A stretch of 64,000 bases of DNA from Paraphysomonas bandaiensis. Taxonomy: Eukaryota; Protista; Chrysophyceae. Position numbers and translations under genes: made by a program. The notes under the pieces were generated by a model. That model saw nothing but the letters and a program-made list of their open reading frames with translations, did no database searches and was not told the origin of the DNA. Positions within the stretch are counted from its first letter, which is position 1; each line of letters opens with the position of its first letter. Below are positions 50,961 to 63,395 of this stretch, piece by piece. The stretch covers positions 1 to 64,000 of the forward strand of contig CBFFRP010000520.1 of NCBI GenBank assembly GCA_965644295.1, in the 5' to 3' direction.

Positions 50961-52830
50961 ATGCTCGCCTCTATAGTGACCGGAATCCTCTACGCCTCTG
51001 CGGCTACAGGAGCAACAGCAGAGACCGCTAAGCGATGCACAGGAGACTGTCTGCGCGCTACTCAGAAATACGGTGCGGCTCATATGTCTCTGCGTGTCTG
51101 TGTCTGTCTCACCGCATACACAGGGAGCCCGCGCATGTACGGAGTGATGGAAGAGAAGAAGATCTGGTGGACGAAGGAGGCGGCTGAGGGGGTCATCGGC
51201 AGCACAGACTCGACTGGTCCGGCCGCATGCGTCGACGGGGACGCTAATGGTGGACGGAGACTGATTTAGTCGATTTATAATTTTTATGAGTGATCAGGTT
51301 ATCCATGTTCCGGAGTTGACTTACAGAGCATGGTCTCACTGGCTGACTTGGGCTGTGGTGGACAGGGTAATGACATCTGGTACGCCACATGTTGAATGTG
51401 TTGATGGAGAGGATGATATATTTATGGGCAGGGGTTGGACGGATGGAGAAGGCAATGAGTATGTTGTGGCTGGGTGTGCAGATGGTAGCTCAATGGTGGA
51501 TGTCACCGACCCAACTCGCCCTGTTGTTCTCGGATTTCTCCCTACTGAAACTGTGGCTTCCAGCTGTAAGTACCTTCGCAGAAGACTGTGGTGTGATTAT
51601 ATATGTACTATTCTGCATTTTCCCAGGGCGCGATATGAAGGTTCATGAGGGTAGAGCATATATTGGGTCAGAAGCCGCTGGGCATGGCCTGCAGGTCTAT
51701 GACATGCACCAGCTAACTGCTCTTTCGGCGCAGTACCGCGCCTCCTCCAGGTTCGATGAGGACCGCACGCGTAATGTCACGGAGCATGGTCACGTCAACC
51801 TCGGCAACACCTTGTCACCAACTACTGTGTATAAGGAGTTCGGTAATTCTCGGTTTCCTCCGATATTTGCTTTGTGGTAACATGTCGTGTTTAGGCTCAT
51901 CCCACAATATCGTGATCAACGAAGAAACCGGCTTCCTCTATGCTGTGGGCTCCAAAACCTGTGCCGGTGGGCTGCATATGGTGGACTTGTCCTCTCCGGA
52001 TGATCCTCAGTTCGTTGGTATGCCCGTGTATTGTACTAAATCATCAGTGGTGTTACCCTATTCTGCAACTACAGGGTGCTATTCTGACGACGGCTATACT
52101 CATGATGCGGAATGCGTAGTATACACAGGCCCAGACTCTGAATACTCTGGCCATGAAATATGCTTCAACTACAATGAGGACACCCTTACAATCGTTGATG
52201 TCACCCACAAAGACGCCCCTATGCTACTTTCCAGGTATGGCTACGAGGGAGCTCAATATACGCACCAGGGGTGGTTGAACCCGGAGCAGACCCATCTTAT
52301 GATGGACGATGAGCTCGACGAGCAGAAAGAAAAAAGCCTGGATGTAAGTGCTATATCGCTCCCGATACATCATTCTGTTAAACTATTTAATGTAGGGTCA
52401 CACCCGCACCATGATCTGGGATGTCTCTAAACTCGATTCTCCTAGACTGATCGGAAATTTCTACTCCTCCGAACAGTCTATCGGTGATTACTCTATTTCA
52501 CGTTGAACTCACTTAACCAACTATCCGTAGATCATAATCAGTATATTCACAAGGGCTGGTCGTGGCAGTCGAACTACTGTGCAGGACTTCGTGTTCTAGA
52601 TGCTTCTGACCTTTCGAGCGGGAAGTCATCCGAGAAGGCTTTCTTTGATGTCTCCCCGGAATGCGACACAGCTGTATTTTCGGGAACCTGGTCTAACTAC
52701 CCGTACTTCGCATCGGGTAACATTGCTGTGCAGTCCATCGAGAAAGGGCTGTTCATGCTCAAGGTATGTCTGATGCGCCCATTGACCTACAGCCATTTTG
52801 TAATCACCACTGTTGCAGCCTACTTTTTAA
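50961..52830 (+). CDS. Secreted choice-of-anchor-B / LVIVD-repeat family protein, about 8 exons
   Basis: Signal peptide; GNDIWGWTD, SSWRDMKV, GSEAAGHGLQVYD, SHNIVINEETG, DGYTHDAECV, YTHQGWL, DDELDE, DHNQY and WSNYPYFASG. Confidence 0.85.
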
Positions 52831-53189
52831 ATAGCATGATTTCTTCTGCCTTGTGTGGATGGCTGTTACTGCCATCTCGGACCTACAAAGTCGCGGAGAA
52901 TGAAGCCAGCTTAACCTACCTTGCTTCATAGTGCTGCTGCCAATATTGATTCGTAATAATGACTGTTCATTTTTGAATTGTAGTTGCCATAGCGATCCCT
53001 CTTGAATGATTTAAAAGTATGGTATACTATTTAACTGCGTTTCCTGTATATGTAAAATGTTCTTACTAGCTACAAGTGAGCTACCAATAAAATAACAACG
53101 TATCCATCGCTTATGTACGAATCGTATTGACATTTCAGTACTTTTCTACTGCGAAAAAGGAATCGCTGTTCTAGCCTATATCCTTATCC

Positions 53190-53490
53190 CCATATTGTCT
53201 CAAAAAAAGCCTTTTCGACCTGATTTTGTCTCAACAGGGCGCTCATATCAGCACCAGGCAAATATAGACATTAATCTTCAATATTCGGTTCAACAGAAGC
53301 TCACTTCTATCTTAATTATGATAATGACAGTCATATATATGTCTGTGATTTCATCACAGTAGAGAAACCATAATTCTTGAGTTAAATCATTAGACACTTC
53401 AAGTTATATTCCACCCTTCGCCTGACGATGCGGAAGATCGTAATGATGTCAGTGCAAGCGATCTATCTTCATAGCCAGGACTTCGAAACA
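53190..53490. repeat. Second repeat family, inverted relative to 2920-3130 and 7165-7330
   Basis: CTCAACAGGGCGCTCATA, AATATTCGGTTC, CTTAATTATGATAATGACAGTCATA and TGTCAGTGCAAGCGATCTATCTTCAT match the reverse complements. Confidence 0.6.
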
Positions 53491-54046
53491 ACTTCAAGAA
53501 TATTTCAGGAGAGTTTAGTACCATATCTGATGCTGTATAGGTGGTAAAGGGCAGTGGCATCCAGTTGTTTCAGAGTTTGGGTTGCATTGTGCTTATATGA
53601 GGTTATTGTGAGCCTCAAATCATACTCATATCATTTAATCAGGTGCACTAGCAGAGGTAAAACGCATTCTATATAAATGTGATGATGATGCTAATTAAAA
53701 GGCAAAATAAGAAGCCTGTCGTGCGACTACAACTGCTCACATTCATCATCACATTTATGTACAAATTTCAACACCTCGCAGCTGCTTATAATTTCATCAG
53801 TATCCTTCTGAGGTTGGAGTACATTCTTTGGGGGTTTTTTGGTTGAATTTATAGTGCAAATTATGCTTTTCCCAAAGCATACACAGCCAGTATACAGTAT
53901 ACAGGCCATTCGTTTGAAACAATACGACTATTCATTTGTTTTCTCAAAGTTAATCAGGAAACACCTATTTCTTATTACAGCAAGCAAGCTACTAAAAAGT
54001 AGAGTTATACAATCTAATATTAAGTTTTCATTATCATGAGTATAAG

Positions 54047-54125
54047 CTACAATTTAACCTAGGGACAAAGAGTATCATCCCTTGTCTAAATCTTAAAACT
54101 CTGGCTTTTTGCCTTCGTTTCAAAA
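54047..54125. repeat. Short dispersed repeat, inverted copy of about 980-1056
   Basis: TACAATTTAACCTAGGGA...TCCCTTGTC...AAAAC...CGTTTCAAAA versus the reverse complement at 980-1056. Confidence 0.55.
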
Positions 54126-54516
54126 TTTTGAGCGCGGGACGATATAGCCTCCTCTTATTGCCCGTGTGGTTAAATATAACTATATAATATTATATTATCA
54201 GGACATCATCATTATGAATGGATGGAATTATGAATTATAACTGCCGGGGACTGGGTACCAATAATGGCATTTACTGGTACTAGATATTATCTTGATATAT
54301 TATATATTATGCTATCTATAATATAATAGTATTATAGAATTAAATGTTTTTAAGGTATAGTATCTCCACTAAAATAGTTATACTGTGAAGAAACTCTGGT
54401 TATAGGGATAGAACCAATTTATATTACAAAGCCCGCCAGTTATTTGATATATATATGCTGGTACAAGAATATTTCAGGGCTGCATCCATACCTTTCCCCG
54501 AATTCAAGCATTAAGT

Positions 54517-54585
54517 AAGTCGAGGTAATAATACCCAAACCTGGTATAAAGCAATTTCACCACAGTTTTCATATAATATATCTAA
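54517..54585. repeat. Short dispersed repeat shared with about 27555-27632
   Basis: AAGTCGAGGTAA...ACCTGGTA.AAAGC.ATTTCACCA...TTTCATAT in both places. Confidence 0.55.
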
Positions 54586-54734
54586 GTATTGAGTTATTAT
54601 TTTACTGTAATATTTGTATCTGAGAGGTTAAAGATAATGAAAAAGTAACATTTAACTGCATCATCTTTCCCTTCTTGTTGTTTTTTGCTGTTTGCGAGCA
54701 ATTAAAAGCGAATATAGATCACTCAAAGCAAACG

Positions 54735-55044
54735 CAGTTGATATTCCTGACTTCTGAAAACTTCAGGATTTTGGGGTTCTTAAGATGGGCCCATATTCCC
54801 AAATGCTTGACTTCAGCAGGCAGCCCAATACCACGGACACCTGTTTATTACTCAAGGTTCAAAGACGTCTAAACAAGTGGCACTTACTTGTGTCCCGTTT
54901 ACCATACACAAGCATTTGGCTATGAATAGGCAAAAAATTATCTGCTGACAGTATATGCGGCTCACGTTAGTTTCCCGGATAAATATATTCGGTACTTATT
55001 CCCCAGAACACTACAAAAAGGTGCGAGTCCGACTTTGTTGACGG
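54735..55044 (-). mobile_element. Family R copy (diverged)
   Basis: ATGCTTGACTTCAGCAGGCAGCCCAATACC...GCTCACGTTAGTTTCCCGG...CCCCAGAACAC..GGTGCGAGTCCGACTTTGTTGA. Confidence 0.78.
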
Positions 55045-56070
55045 ACAAGATCTTGATGTGCCAGTGGAGAGCGAAAAGGATGATGATACTACACTTAATA
55101 TGCTGTTGTTTCTGAAAGCTAACCGACAGTTGTGGCCGGATGCAAGCATATTTCAATCAATATTGAATGAATATGGTGATGATGATGATGTCACCGATGA
55201 TGGCTCAGAGGATGAGTATGAGGAAACTTTTAATTAGTTAAGAGTAGTGGGTTTGATTATCAAGTGACCTTAGACCTTATAAAATATGGCAAGTGCTAAA
55301 AATGAAAACTACGGATGTGTTTACTTACTGATTAGTCATACTAATATATTGGTATTGTAGGGCCGGTTTAAAAAATCCATCAATACTATTGATGGAACGC
55401 TACCTAACAATAGTATTGCAATATATTGTTCCCTATCCCTGACAATATATATATATATTATATATTATGTTGTTTGTTGTTACGTAGTTATGATTTGTAG
55501 ACTGCTATTGTTTAACTAAATTAGTAGTTAAGGATTAAGGGAGATTCACAATTTACATTATCTATTAGGAACGGTATTATGTATTATCTTCTCAGGTATT
55601 AATGACCGGGACATTTTTCATATAATTGCTGAGAATAGGGCTACCATTGATGATGGTACTAGGCCCAGATGTAGATCAGTCAACTTGACAGTACAACTAC
55701 TAATTTACTTCCGTACGTTGGATCATTCTGGCATTTCTAGATGCTTTACACAGTTTTATGGACTACACAACATCACTTTTTCGCACAGTATGCATGCTGC
55801 TGTGTGTTGGACTACGATACGTATTCCAACATAGCATAGCACTATCACACACACACAGAAATAATGCTATCGTAGAGAACTGTTAACACGAATTAAGCAC
55901 AGAATGAAGATATACTAAATTACGGCACATCAAACTAGTAACCGAAACTGCTACTACCTTATCTCAGTGTACTATACTGTTGAATGGAACCTGTCGTACA
56001 TGTATCACTCCGAAAATCTCTACTGACAGGAATATAATATCATTTCAAAACATGAACGAGCAAGAACTGA

Positions 56071-59000
56071 TTAGGGCACGATCCCATTTGTGTACCATTG
56101 AAATGTATCATAGTTTTTAGTTCCAAGATTGCTGTAGCTCTGAATAATGAGGTTAAGGCAGTACTCCACAGCGTCTGTACCGCTGAGGTCATTACGGAAC
56201 CTAGTCCGCAACTTATCGACTATCCCTGCACAGTCCTTTCCCTGGAAACAGGGGAAGGTCGAGTCTTGTGCCATCACCTCCACAGCAGTGAGGATGGCGG
56301 TGGACTTGCTGCGCAATGCTAGGAACCCCGTGGTAAATGACTTAACGAACATAGAGAAGTAGTGTGAGTCGAGCCCTCCGAAGACTTCCAACATCTCGTC
56401 TGTAAGTTTGAAGGGTGCACTCTCCACTGAAAAAGATCCACCTGGAGCAATGCCGAGTAGAAACCCAAAGTCTATGTGTATTATATGACCTTCAGAGTCC
56501 AATAGTATGTTGCCATTATGCCTGTCCTTGATACAAAATAAGTAGCAGACAAGGGAATATGCAGCCAGAGAAACCACGTAATTGCAGCGCGCTACATGGA
56601 GGCGTTGCGCTGAACCCCCATAAAGCAGCTCAAAGTATTTGGGAAGAGACACGAATCCATCCGTCTTCTTAATGGCATCTATAGAAAGGGTATTGGGAAG
56701 AGTCTCCACGAATCCCGCAGAGGGGCCTGTCGAGACTATGCGGTATGGTTTCAGCCATAGCATGTCGTCCAATCCAGCCTCAGAAAATATCTCTTGGCAG
56801 AGTTCAATCAACTGAATACAGGCAACTTCCTGGCGAAGATCATCGTTACTCTTTACGATGAATGACCGAAGATCACGACAGGGCCAACTATGGGACTCAA
56901 ACCCAGAAACGTGCGGAGGCGCTGGTCCATGGAGCACCCAGTCATCCTGATTGTCCTCTGCCGAAGTGACTTCAGCGAGGTCCAAATCGCTCCCATCCGG
57001 TATACTCCGACTACGAGTTCTACTGCGATTTCGATTGCTGTATTCAGTCACACTCCATACCGACTGTTCTTTTCTGCCCTCGCCCTCTGGCTCACTGTCC
57101 AACAGTCGTTGCTTTCGCTTGCTCCACTCCTCGCCATAATACGATTCCAGTCTAGCCCGTGCAAGCTCCTTATCAGTCGTCTTGGCCTCGTCACGGTATT
57201 TAAAATCGGACTGCACAAGAACAGCATACTCCTCTTGTGTGATAGCTCCCTTCTGAAGTAAGGAGTTGGCAGATGATATCACTTGTTTTGTGATCTCCGC
57301 GTCCACCTCAGGAAGTCCTTCCGCCAGCAGTGGGTCAAGATCCGCCTCGTCATCGTCCTTCACAAGAACTCTCCTGCTTCTTTCCCCATCCCCCTCAAGG
57401 GAAGGAGAGGAACCAGTCGAGCTTCCCGCCCTCACATTGTTGTTACTTCCCAGACGCCTCCCCCTCTGTGAGGCGCCCTGTTGCATTAGACGCTGCTGTC
57501 GGGCAGGCACTACCATACCAGGAGGGAGAGCAACCCCACCGGAATCCTCCTGCTGAATAACGTCGTCTGCTTCGCTGACACGTTCTCTGCTCATGTCCTG
57601 TACAGTCTTTGTCAACTTTTCCTGCAAAATTCCAGACACATCAACTTCTCCTGTTCCAGCTCCTTCACCCACAATACTAATGTGATGTCGCCTCTGGGGC
57701 GTGTGAGGATTTTCACCAGGCACACCATTTCCTACACCGACAGCCCTACCATCATCTAACACAACTTCAAAGACTACCAGACTGGGGGCTCTGGCCTTCG
57801 TACGGAATACCCTGCACTCTTGCAGGTATATGCGATTGATGCGGTAGCAGGGCTCTCCGGCTGCACCTGTGGGGTCCAGTCCCCACTGCAGTAGAATTCC
57901 GCCGGAATCTGTGAATTGCTTCAGGAGCTCAGTCTTAAAGTGTTCTGTCCGCAGAGGGCGGTCCACATTTCTCAGGCCATCCACCAGTTCTGTCAAGCGC
58001 TCTATAAAGTCAAGTTGGGCAGAGAGTCCTTTCCACACCCCTCGCTCGCCGCCCTCAGCACCTTGCCACAGGAATAAATCCACACACTTGGGTGTAACTT
58101 CGGTACCTCCGACATCACCTGTGCAGTCGCATTCGCTGCTATCACACACCCTTTGTCCCTGTTGAACGACACTCATAGTCAAGGCAGGTTTGGTAGCCCC
58201 CAGTACCCGCCGCTCTGCAGCCTCTCTCTCTTGATCTACCAGCACCTTTTTCCTCACCCGCATCAGTGTGTATAATTCTATCATCAGCTCCTGCTTCTGG
58301 TGGTGTGCTGGGGTAAGAATCTTCTGAAGCACCGACCTTTCCGGGGCTTCCATGGTATTAGGTGTCACGGGAATACCCTCTGATGGTACTGACGGTGACG
58401 GTGGTTGGGCGTCTGTGAGGGAGGAAGCTACTCCGTATGTGAGAACCTCTAGTTGAAGCAATAGACACACACAGGCGGCGTATTGAGCTTGCGATATTCG
58501 TCCCTCTTTGTAATCGCCAATAGATGCCAAAAGTGACCAGGAAAGCTTCATGGCTAGGTGAGGGAACCTAAGAGCTACCGCGAGGACTCCCTGTTGCAAC
58601 ACATCCAGCACTGCCAAAGAAGTGCAAGACCTCGTCTTAGAAAGAAGCAGATGCACCTGAAGCACTTGGGGCCAGTAGAAATCTATTAAATCTGGATCCT
58701 CATCAGCCACTTGGAGCATACGCACCACTACAAGGGCATACAATCTTGTTCCTGTACCAGCCTGCTGTGCTGGTGTGAGAGTGGCACCTGGGTTGCGCAG
58801 GAACCCGATAATACTTTGCATATCGTTCCCAAGAGCAGCAAGAGCCAACCTCATTCTGTCACACTCTTCCAGCAGTACCTCTTGTCGATACTCATGATCC
58901 ACCTTACGGAGCTCTTCGAACTCACTCTCACTAAGTTGGTGCTGCTCTTTTAGCTCTGCGGCCTGGTCTAGGCGCTTGGATACCTTGCGCCTAATCTTGA

Positions 59001-59705
59001 AGGAGGCCTTGAAGCGGTCTACCCCAGCAAGCACCTCCTCAGTGCGTTCGTGTAAAGAGAGAGTATGCACATACACAAGACTCTTGAGCCATACAAGGCA
59101 TGCTTGTGCTTCTCTACAGTCGCTACATGTCCGGGCTGCTTCCTCCGCCCCGATCTGCAACACTGGGGCGCTTTCTGTCATATGCTCTGGAGAAAAGGAT
59201 CTGCCGCAGCATCTGCACAACACACCGCCTGACCCTAGTGCAGCGGCGGTTCGGGGACACTGCGTATTTCCAACTGGTGCAGGAGGGTCAAAACAAGCCT
59301 TAGAGGGTTTGAACTCTACTAGCTCCGTGTTAGCGAAATTGCACTCAAGGCTGGCTCGAATATGAAGGATCCACTGAGTTCGCTGTTCGGGGGTAGAAGC
59401 GGACATATAATATGTACCGCCCATGTGCGTAACAGCCAAAAAGCCATTGGGGTAACTCGCGTTTCGCCCTTCTCCGTCCCACTTGGACACACCGATGACC
59501 TCCACAATACATTTCGGTGTAAGGGACAAATTGGCCTCTTCTTCGCTGTCGAAGTCCATAAGGAGCGTGCCCCACAGGACGCAATACACACGCTGCATGA
59601 GCACACATAAATAAATCATATGCTGACATTACATCACGGAAACACTACCTGCATAGGGGGCGACTTGCTCGATGAGTTACGTTTCATTAAATAGCTCGCA
59701 AACAT
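56071..59705 (-). CDS. Type III phosphatidylinositol 4-kinase with N-terminal PH and FYVE-like domains
   Basis: Kinase motifs KSNDDLRQE, IKDRHNGNILL, HIDFGF and ESAPFKLT; PH-like start; CRCCGR..CSDC; helical IDFYWPQ. The first short exon from ATG 59705 is inferred. Confidence 0.9.
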
Positions 59706-59908
59706 GATGGAGGAGCAGGTCGACAATCACACACAGATCAGCTAAAACACATTAAACTAATTACGAGAAAACCAACACGAATGACTACCAAAAGACTGTC
59801 CCTGTACCAACACTAAAACAATAATAACACACCGCACACGACTCGACGAACAAACAAGTCAGTGAACGACAGAGCAGATAATACCACTGGAGTACTGTAC
59901 CACTGTAC

Positions 59909-60083
59909 ATGTATGTATGTGTGTAGTATGTATGTATGTATGTATGTATGTATGTATGTATGTATGTATGTATGTATGTATGTATGTATGTATGTATGTA
60001 TGTATGTATGTATGTATGTATGTATGTATGTATGTATGTATGTATGTATGTATGTATGTATGTATGTATGTATGTATGTATGT
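59909..60083. repeat. (TATG)n microsatellite in the PI4K/PCCB shared upstream region
   Basis: Read directly. Confidence 0.95.
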
Positions 60084-60255
60084 ACAGCGGGGTTATGATG
60101 TCCTGTGCTGTATGGGTGTAGGGGTGACGTATGTGCCTACATCCATACCATGTATGTAGCAGTAGTGTTGTGTGTGTGGTTCGAGGGTGAGCGGTTGTTT
60201 GCATACATTAAACTGCACTTGTTTCAAGGTATAGGCGTATTGTAGGTCTGTCACC

Positions 60256-62118
60256 ATGTTATCATTTAGGCAACCCTTTCGTAGTGTTTCGAACAGGGTT
60301 TCGAGGTCTTTGTCGAGCAAGGGTGTGGGAGTGGTAGCTCTCAAGGAGGCCTTCAGAGAGCGTCTTGATGACGCGAGGAACCAGTCTCTGGTTGGCGGCG
60401 GGAAGGAAAGGATTGCTAAGCAGCATGCAGGCGGAAAGCTTACTGCACGTGAGCGAATCTCGCTGCTGGTTGATCCCGGGTCCTTCAGAGAGTACGGTAT
60501 GTATTTGAGTTTTTTTATTTTGTGTGTGACCTCTCTCTCTGTCGCAGATATGCTCAAGACACATAGGTGCAATGAATTCGGTATGGATAAGAACAAACAC
60601 TATGGCGATGGTGTCGTTACGGGCCATGGCACTATTGGCGGGAGGAAAGTCTTTCTTTTCAGCCAGGACTTTACTGTTTTCGGTGGATCATTGAGTGAAA
60701 CCCACGCAGAGAAAATATGCAAAGTAATGGACATGGCGATGAGAGTGGGCGCTCCTGTCATAGGACTCAATGACAGTGGTGGGGCAAGGATTCAAGAGGG
60801 CGTCGACTCCTTGGCCGGTTACGCGGAGGTCTTCCAGCGAAATGTTGATGCTTCTGGTGTAGTTCCACAGATATCCATGGTGATGGGTCCCTGTGCAGGT
60901 GGAGCAGTCTATTCTCCAGCGATGACGGACTTTATATTTATGGTAGATAACTACCATTCCTGTTGAAGTCGTATAATATGCCTGTAGGTCCAGAGAAGTT
61001 CTTATATGTTCGTAACTGGACCCAATGTAGTTAAGACCGTCACTATGGAGGACGTCACTCAAGAGGAATTAGGTGGGGCTGACACCCACACGACACTCTC
61101 TGGTGTCGCACATGGAGCCTTCAGTAACGACGTTGAAGCTCTGCGCGCGCTGAGGGAACTCTACGCATACCTACCTCTCAATAACAAAGAGGGTCCTCCT
61201 GTGGTGCCCACTGAGGACCCGAGAGAGAGGCAGGAGGAGAGCTTAAAGTAAATGCTTATGTTATTACCTTTATACTCTGTGGTAAATGCTGATATCTGTT
61301 TGTGCTTATGTAGCTACATTGTTCCCGATGACCCCAATATCCCCTACGACATCAAGACAATCATATCTAAAGTTGTGGACGAGAACACCCTTTTCGAGAT
61401 CATGTCTGAATATGCTCCTAACATCGTTTGCGCTTTTGCACGCATGGAGGGACGTACTGTTGGTATTGTTGGAAACAACCCAATGCATTTGGCTGGGTGT
61501 TTGGATATCGCTTCATCAGTGAAGGCCGCGCGGTTTGTTCGCTTTCTGGATGCGTTCAATATTCCTATTCTCACATTCGTCGACGTACCTGGTTTTTTGC
61601 CCGGCACTGCTCAGGAGCACAACGGTATTATCAGAAACGGTGCGAAACTCTTATATGCCTATGCGGAGGCCACGGTACCGAAAATCACTGTCATTACCCG
61701 CAAGGCTTATGGTGGTGCCTATGATGTTATGTCGTCCAAGCATCTCAAGGGTGAGAGTACTTGAGTACTTCTATCGCGGCTAATATGGAACAGGTGATTA
61801 TAACTATGCTTGGCCAAGTGCTGAGATTGCTGTGATGGGAGCGAAGGGTGCAGTGGAGATCATATTTAAGGGCAAGGATGTGGAGGCCCGAACCACAGAG
61901 TACACCGATAGGTAACCTTTATTATGGTCATTTCTACAATTTTCAATGTGTCTGCGTGTCGTAGATTCACAAACCCGATGGTCGCTGCTGAGAGAGGATT
62001 CGTAGACGACGTACTTGAGCCCTCCTTTACCAGACAGCGCCTTTGCGAGGACTTGGAACTGTTGAGGAACAAGGAGGTGACCCGTCCTTGGAGAAAGCAC
62101 GGAAATATCCCTCTTTAA
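60256..62118 (+). CDS. PCCB: Propionyl-CoA carboxylase beta chain, mitochondrial, spliced
   Basis: Transit-like N-terminus; [58 protein letters not shown] and terminal WRKHGNIPL*. Confidence 0.97.
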
Positions 62119-62519
62119 CATCTTTAATGTTGCTGCTGATATTTACATGCTACTCACTGTTGCTATTAGTTAGTGCGCAGCTGTAATTAATCAGTACTTT
62201 ACTGGAAATGAATTAGTCGAGTGAAATGATTATCCGAATAAGATCATGTCTATCTGTTTGTAAAATATTGATTGGTAGTAAGACAACAATAGTGGACAAT
62301 GAATGGTGAGGAAAGCTATCACAGTTGATATTGATTGACTATTTTTGAGATACCAGGGTCTCTGGCCATCATGGCTAATCAAAACCAAACAGTGTATCCA
62401 CAGCTCTGATTTGATCTTAATGAACTATGTCATGAGAAGGATAATATCCTTCTGCCTTCTGACAATATCCTACTGACTCCACCAACAAGATAGGTTCTAA
62501 CAGCTAACAGAGTCCTGCA

Positions 62520-63345
62520 CCTTAGTAGGGCTAATGTAGCAAAACAATTTAAGTAACGAATGCTTAACTCTGATATCCTACTCTATGATGCTACGTAAAC
62601 TGCTTGTGCATCACTGCAAGCACCAAGGTGCAGCCACTTTCGCTCTATCGCTCAAAACAAACGAAGTGATCCAGCAGGAAGTTGATATACCTGACATCTG
62701 CTGGCTTCAGGGTTGTGAGCCCAGGGACGCGTACCTTTAGTGTCAAGAGGTGCAGTTAATCAGGGGGACGCCCTTGAGGGTAGGGGTCCGCGACGTTTAA
62801 GGGAGGGTCGGAGTTATGTAGACGGGAGGAGAGTGTTCCGAGGTAAAGTGAGATGGTGCGAGGTAGAAGCGTAGAATCTGCAGACTCTTGGGGCGCCGCT
62901 GACTGCAGTGAAATAGTTGAGCGTAAATAGAGTTGACAGAGACTTCTACGTTGGGGTTTGCATGTGTGCGGGCGTGAAAGGGTTAGAAGAGTAGGGGAAG
63001 TGGTCAGCCGCACAGATGTGATTCTCTGCTGAGGCACCATCGGGACCGAAGTGGGGGAACTTATGGGTTGTATGGTGATAGTTGGAGATCAAATTGTGGA
63101 GGAAGCTGTTGACCAGGGGCGGGGTTGGGTGTAGGACACGGATCATCTTGTCAGATGGAGTTGGAGGACCGACGGTTGTCTTTGCTGGATTTGCCTCCTA
63201 CTACGTGTTCTGGGAGGAGTGGAAACCTCGAGGAAGCAGCGAAGCGTTGACTGCGATCTTGGAGCATTTGTTTGGCAGCTGCAAATTGTGGTGGAAGTAT
63301 ACTCACCACCGAATTTTCAAAGGTACGTAGTCCACGCGAGGTCAC
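62520..63345 (-). mobile_element. Degenerate ORF-like remnant followed by the family R 3' region (putative truncated parent element)
   Basis: A GC-richer broken reading frame ends near 62757 and is followed on the same strand by the R 3' hairpin (62601-62640) and tail. 62740-62820 is homologous to 25626-25690 and weakly to about 1280-1310. Confidence 0.5.
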
Positions 63346-63395
63346 ACTGCAATGGATTTGTGAGTCCTGCTATTATATTATTATAGTATTAAATC

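Noticed and set aside
55020-55030. B-box-like GGTGCGAGTCC suggesting a tRNA or tRNA-derived SINE
   Set aside because: No A box or cloverleaf, the invariant TTC is missing, and it lies on the strand opposite the GNRA-supported one.
56098-59629. Numerous antisense or alternate-frame ORFs over PI4K and other genes
   Set aside because: Shadow ORFs of GC-richer coding sequence with no motifs.
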